The notes under the pieces were generated by a model that saw nothing but the letters and a program-made list of their open reading frames with translations, made no database searches and was not told the DNA's origin. A DNA stretch of 32,000 bases, taken from contig NZ_CP076228.1 in assembly GCF_021378375.1 (NCBI RefSeq), positions 1,230,001 to 1,262,000 on the forward strand. The letters are read 5' to 3'. Numbering within the stretch: the stretch's first letter is position 1; every line of letters begins with the position of its first letter. The translations under genes and the position numbers were made by a program. The stretch is from Wolbachia endosymbiont of Drosophila innubila. GTDB taxonomy: Bacteria > Pseudomonadota > Alphaproteobacteria > Rickettsiales > Anaplasmataceae. Shown here piece after piece: positions 30,667 to 32,000 of the stretch.

Positions 30667-32000
30667 TTAAAAGAACCCTCTAAGTTTTCTAGCACGGCTT
30701 GGATGTTTCAACTTGCGCAGTGCTTTTGCCTCTATTTGCCTAATTCTCTCACGTGTTACATTAAAAACTTTTCCTACTTCTTCTAAGGTATGTTCCTTCC
30801 CATCTTTACCAAGGCCAAAACGCATTCTTAAAATTCTTTCTTCCTTTGGTGTTAAAGTTGCAAGAACATTGGTTGTAATGCCACGCAAGTCAGCAAGTAT
30901 TGCAGCATCCTCTGGCCTGGAGACTCGCTTGTCTTCTATACAATCACCAAAGGTACTACTATCATCTTTTCCTGTTGGAGCTTCAAGACTTACTGGATCC
31001 CTTGCTATTTTCATAACTTTGCGTATTCTTTCCAGTGGCATTGTCAGTTCTACACTCAATTCCTCTAACGTCGGCTCTCTTCCCATCTCATGAGTCATCT
31101 TTCTTAATGCTCTGTTGATTTTACTGATAATTTCCACCATATGAACTGGTATTCTAACTACTTTAGACTGCTCAGGTATTGCTCTAGTGATTGATTGTCT
31201 TACCCACCAAGTGCCATAAGTTGAAAATTTATATCCACGTTTGTAATCAAACTTATCCACGGCCTTCATAAGACCAATATTGCCTTCTTGTATCAAATCA
31301 AGCAGATCAAGGCCTCTTTTTGAATACTTCTTAGCAATGGAAACTACTAGCCTTAAGTTAGCCTTAATCATTTCTTGCTTTGCTTCAGAGACTTCTCGTT
31401 CGTGTTTTTGTATTCTCTTGATTAGCTCCTTAAATTCTTGTACGTTATCTTCCTGTATATGCTGCTTAATACCGTTCAAGGTACTAGCTATATGTTCAGA
31501 GTTATCGTCTATAAACCTTAAAAATTTGTTTTTTAATTCACCTGTAAAAGAGGACTGATTTTCATTGATCTTTAAAAGACTTACCTTTTTCAATTCGTGC
31601 TTTAAAAGCACGTCATCATAAACTTTATAGAAACTTTCTCTATCGATATCGTATTTTCTAGCCTCAGCAATAAGATTAGCCTCTTCAAGCGTAATGGATC
31701 TATTTATCTTATAAAGTTCTTGTGTAATTCTGGCAACAGCAGCATCACTTAACTTAATTTGTAATGCTATAGACCATATTTGATTATACAAATTTTCTAG
31801 CTCATTAGAGAAATTTTTAGAATTTTTTCTTAATATCAACGCTTCATTTGTTAAAGTAATTATCTCATCCAATGCAACTATGACCTTTGGCAATAAGTCA
31901 CTTTCCATTTCAAGAATAGAAACATTTAAATTGACTGAACTTATATCTTCATTATTACCGTCTTTCTCATCATCACTTTTTTTACTATCTTTCTCATCAT
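30667..32000 (-). CDS. rpoD: RNA polymerase sigma factor RpoD (sigma-70), N-terminal part outside window
   Basis: [61 protein letters not shown] and [20 protein letters not shown]. The frame is open from 31908 to the window edge ([30 protein letters not shown]). Confidence 0.96.
   Translation of the reverse strand, partial: DEKDSKKSDDEKDGNNEDISSVNLNVSILEMESDLLPKVIVALDEIITLTNEALILRKNSKNFSNELENLYNQIWSIALQIKLSDAAVARITQELYKINRSITLEEANLIAEARKYDIDRESFYKVYDDVLLKHELKKVSLLKINENQSSFTGELKNKFLRFIDDNSEHIASTLNGIKQHIQEDNVQEFKELIKRIQKHEREVSEAKQEMIKANLRLVVSIAKKYSKRGLDLLDLIQEGNIGLMKAVDKFDYKRGYKFSTYGTWWVRQSITRAIPEQSKVVRIPVHMVEIISKINRALRKMTHEMGREPTLEELSVELTMPLERIRKVMKIARDPVSLEAPTGKDDSSTFGDCIEDKRVSRPEDAAILADLRGITTNVLATLTPKEERILRMRFGLGKDGKEHTLEEVGKVFNVTRERIRQIEAKALRKLKHPSRARKLRGFF

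Noticed and set aside
1-32000. Search for an unusual defence, toxin-antitoxin, CRISPR, retron or phage module
   Set aside because: No reverse transcriptase, Cas, nuclease-effector pair, phage structural gene or regular repeat array was found; the window is mostly conserved housekeeping genes plus dispersed repeats and one decayed IS.

Overview
The window is from an alpha-proteobacterial endosymbiont of the Rickettsiales. AT-rich composition, gene content and intergenic repeats all look like Wolbachia; this is inferred from recognition, with no search run. It holds mostly housekeeping genes: a SurA-like PPIase, a 5-FTHF cyclo-ligase, elbB-like, ftsI-like, ispH, htpG, hemA (ALAS), a suhB-like gene, efp, rimM, argD, a PleC-like kinase, bcp, recF, a BrkB/YihY-family gene, an SDR, carB, a GDSL hydrolase and rpoD. 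There are also a large hypothetical protein with a C-terminal membrane segment, a three-gene virB2-like pilin cluster and a decayed IS110-family element. No defence island, CRISPR array, rRNA or tRNA could be supported. The best leads are: (1) a ~1.25 kb intergenic inverted repeat between ispH and htpG, with a third diverged copy starting in the 3' end of recF; (2) a palindromic repeat of a family also found intergenically that sits in frame inside carB and adds ~27 aa; (3) a ~134 bp element with 9-bp terminal inverted repeats that supplies the stop codons of the convergent hemA and suhB-like genes; (4) a SuhB/IMPase-family protein missing most metal-binding residues; (5) a hypothetical gene split by one in-frame amber codon; (6) a virB2 array with a near-invariant core and divergent ends; (7) a structured leader upstream of the IS110 transposase remnant that could be a bridge RNA.
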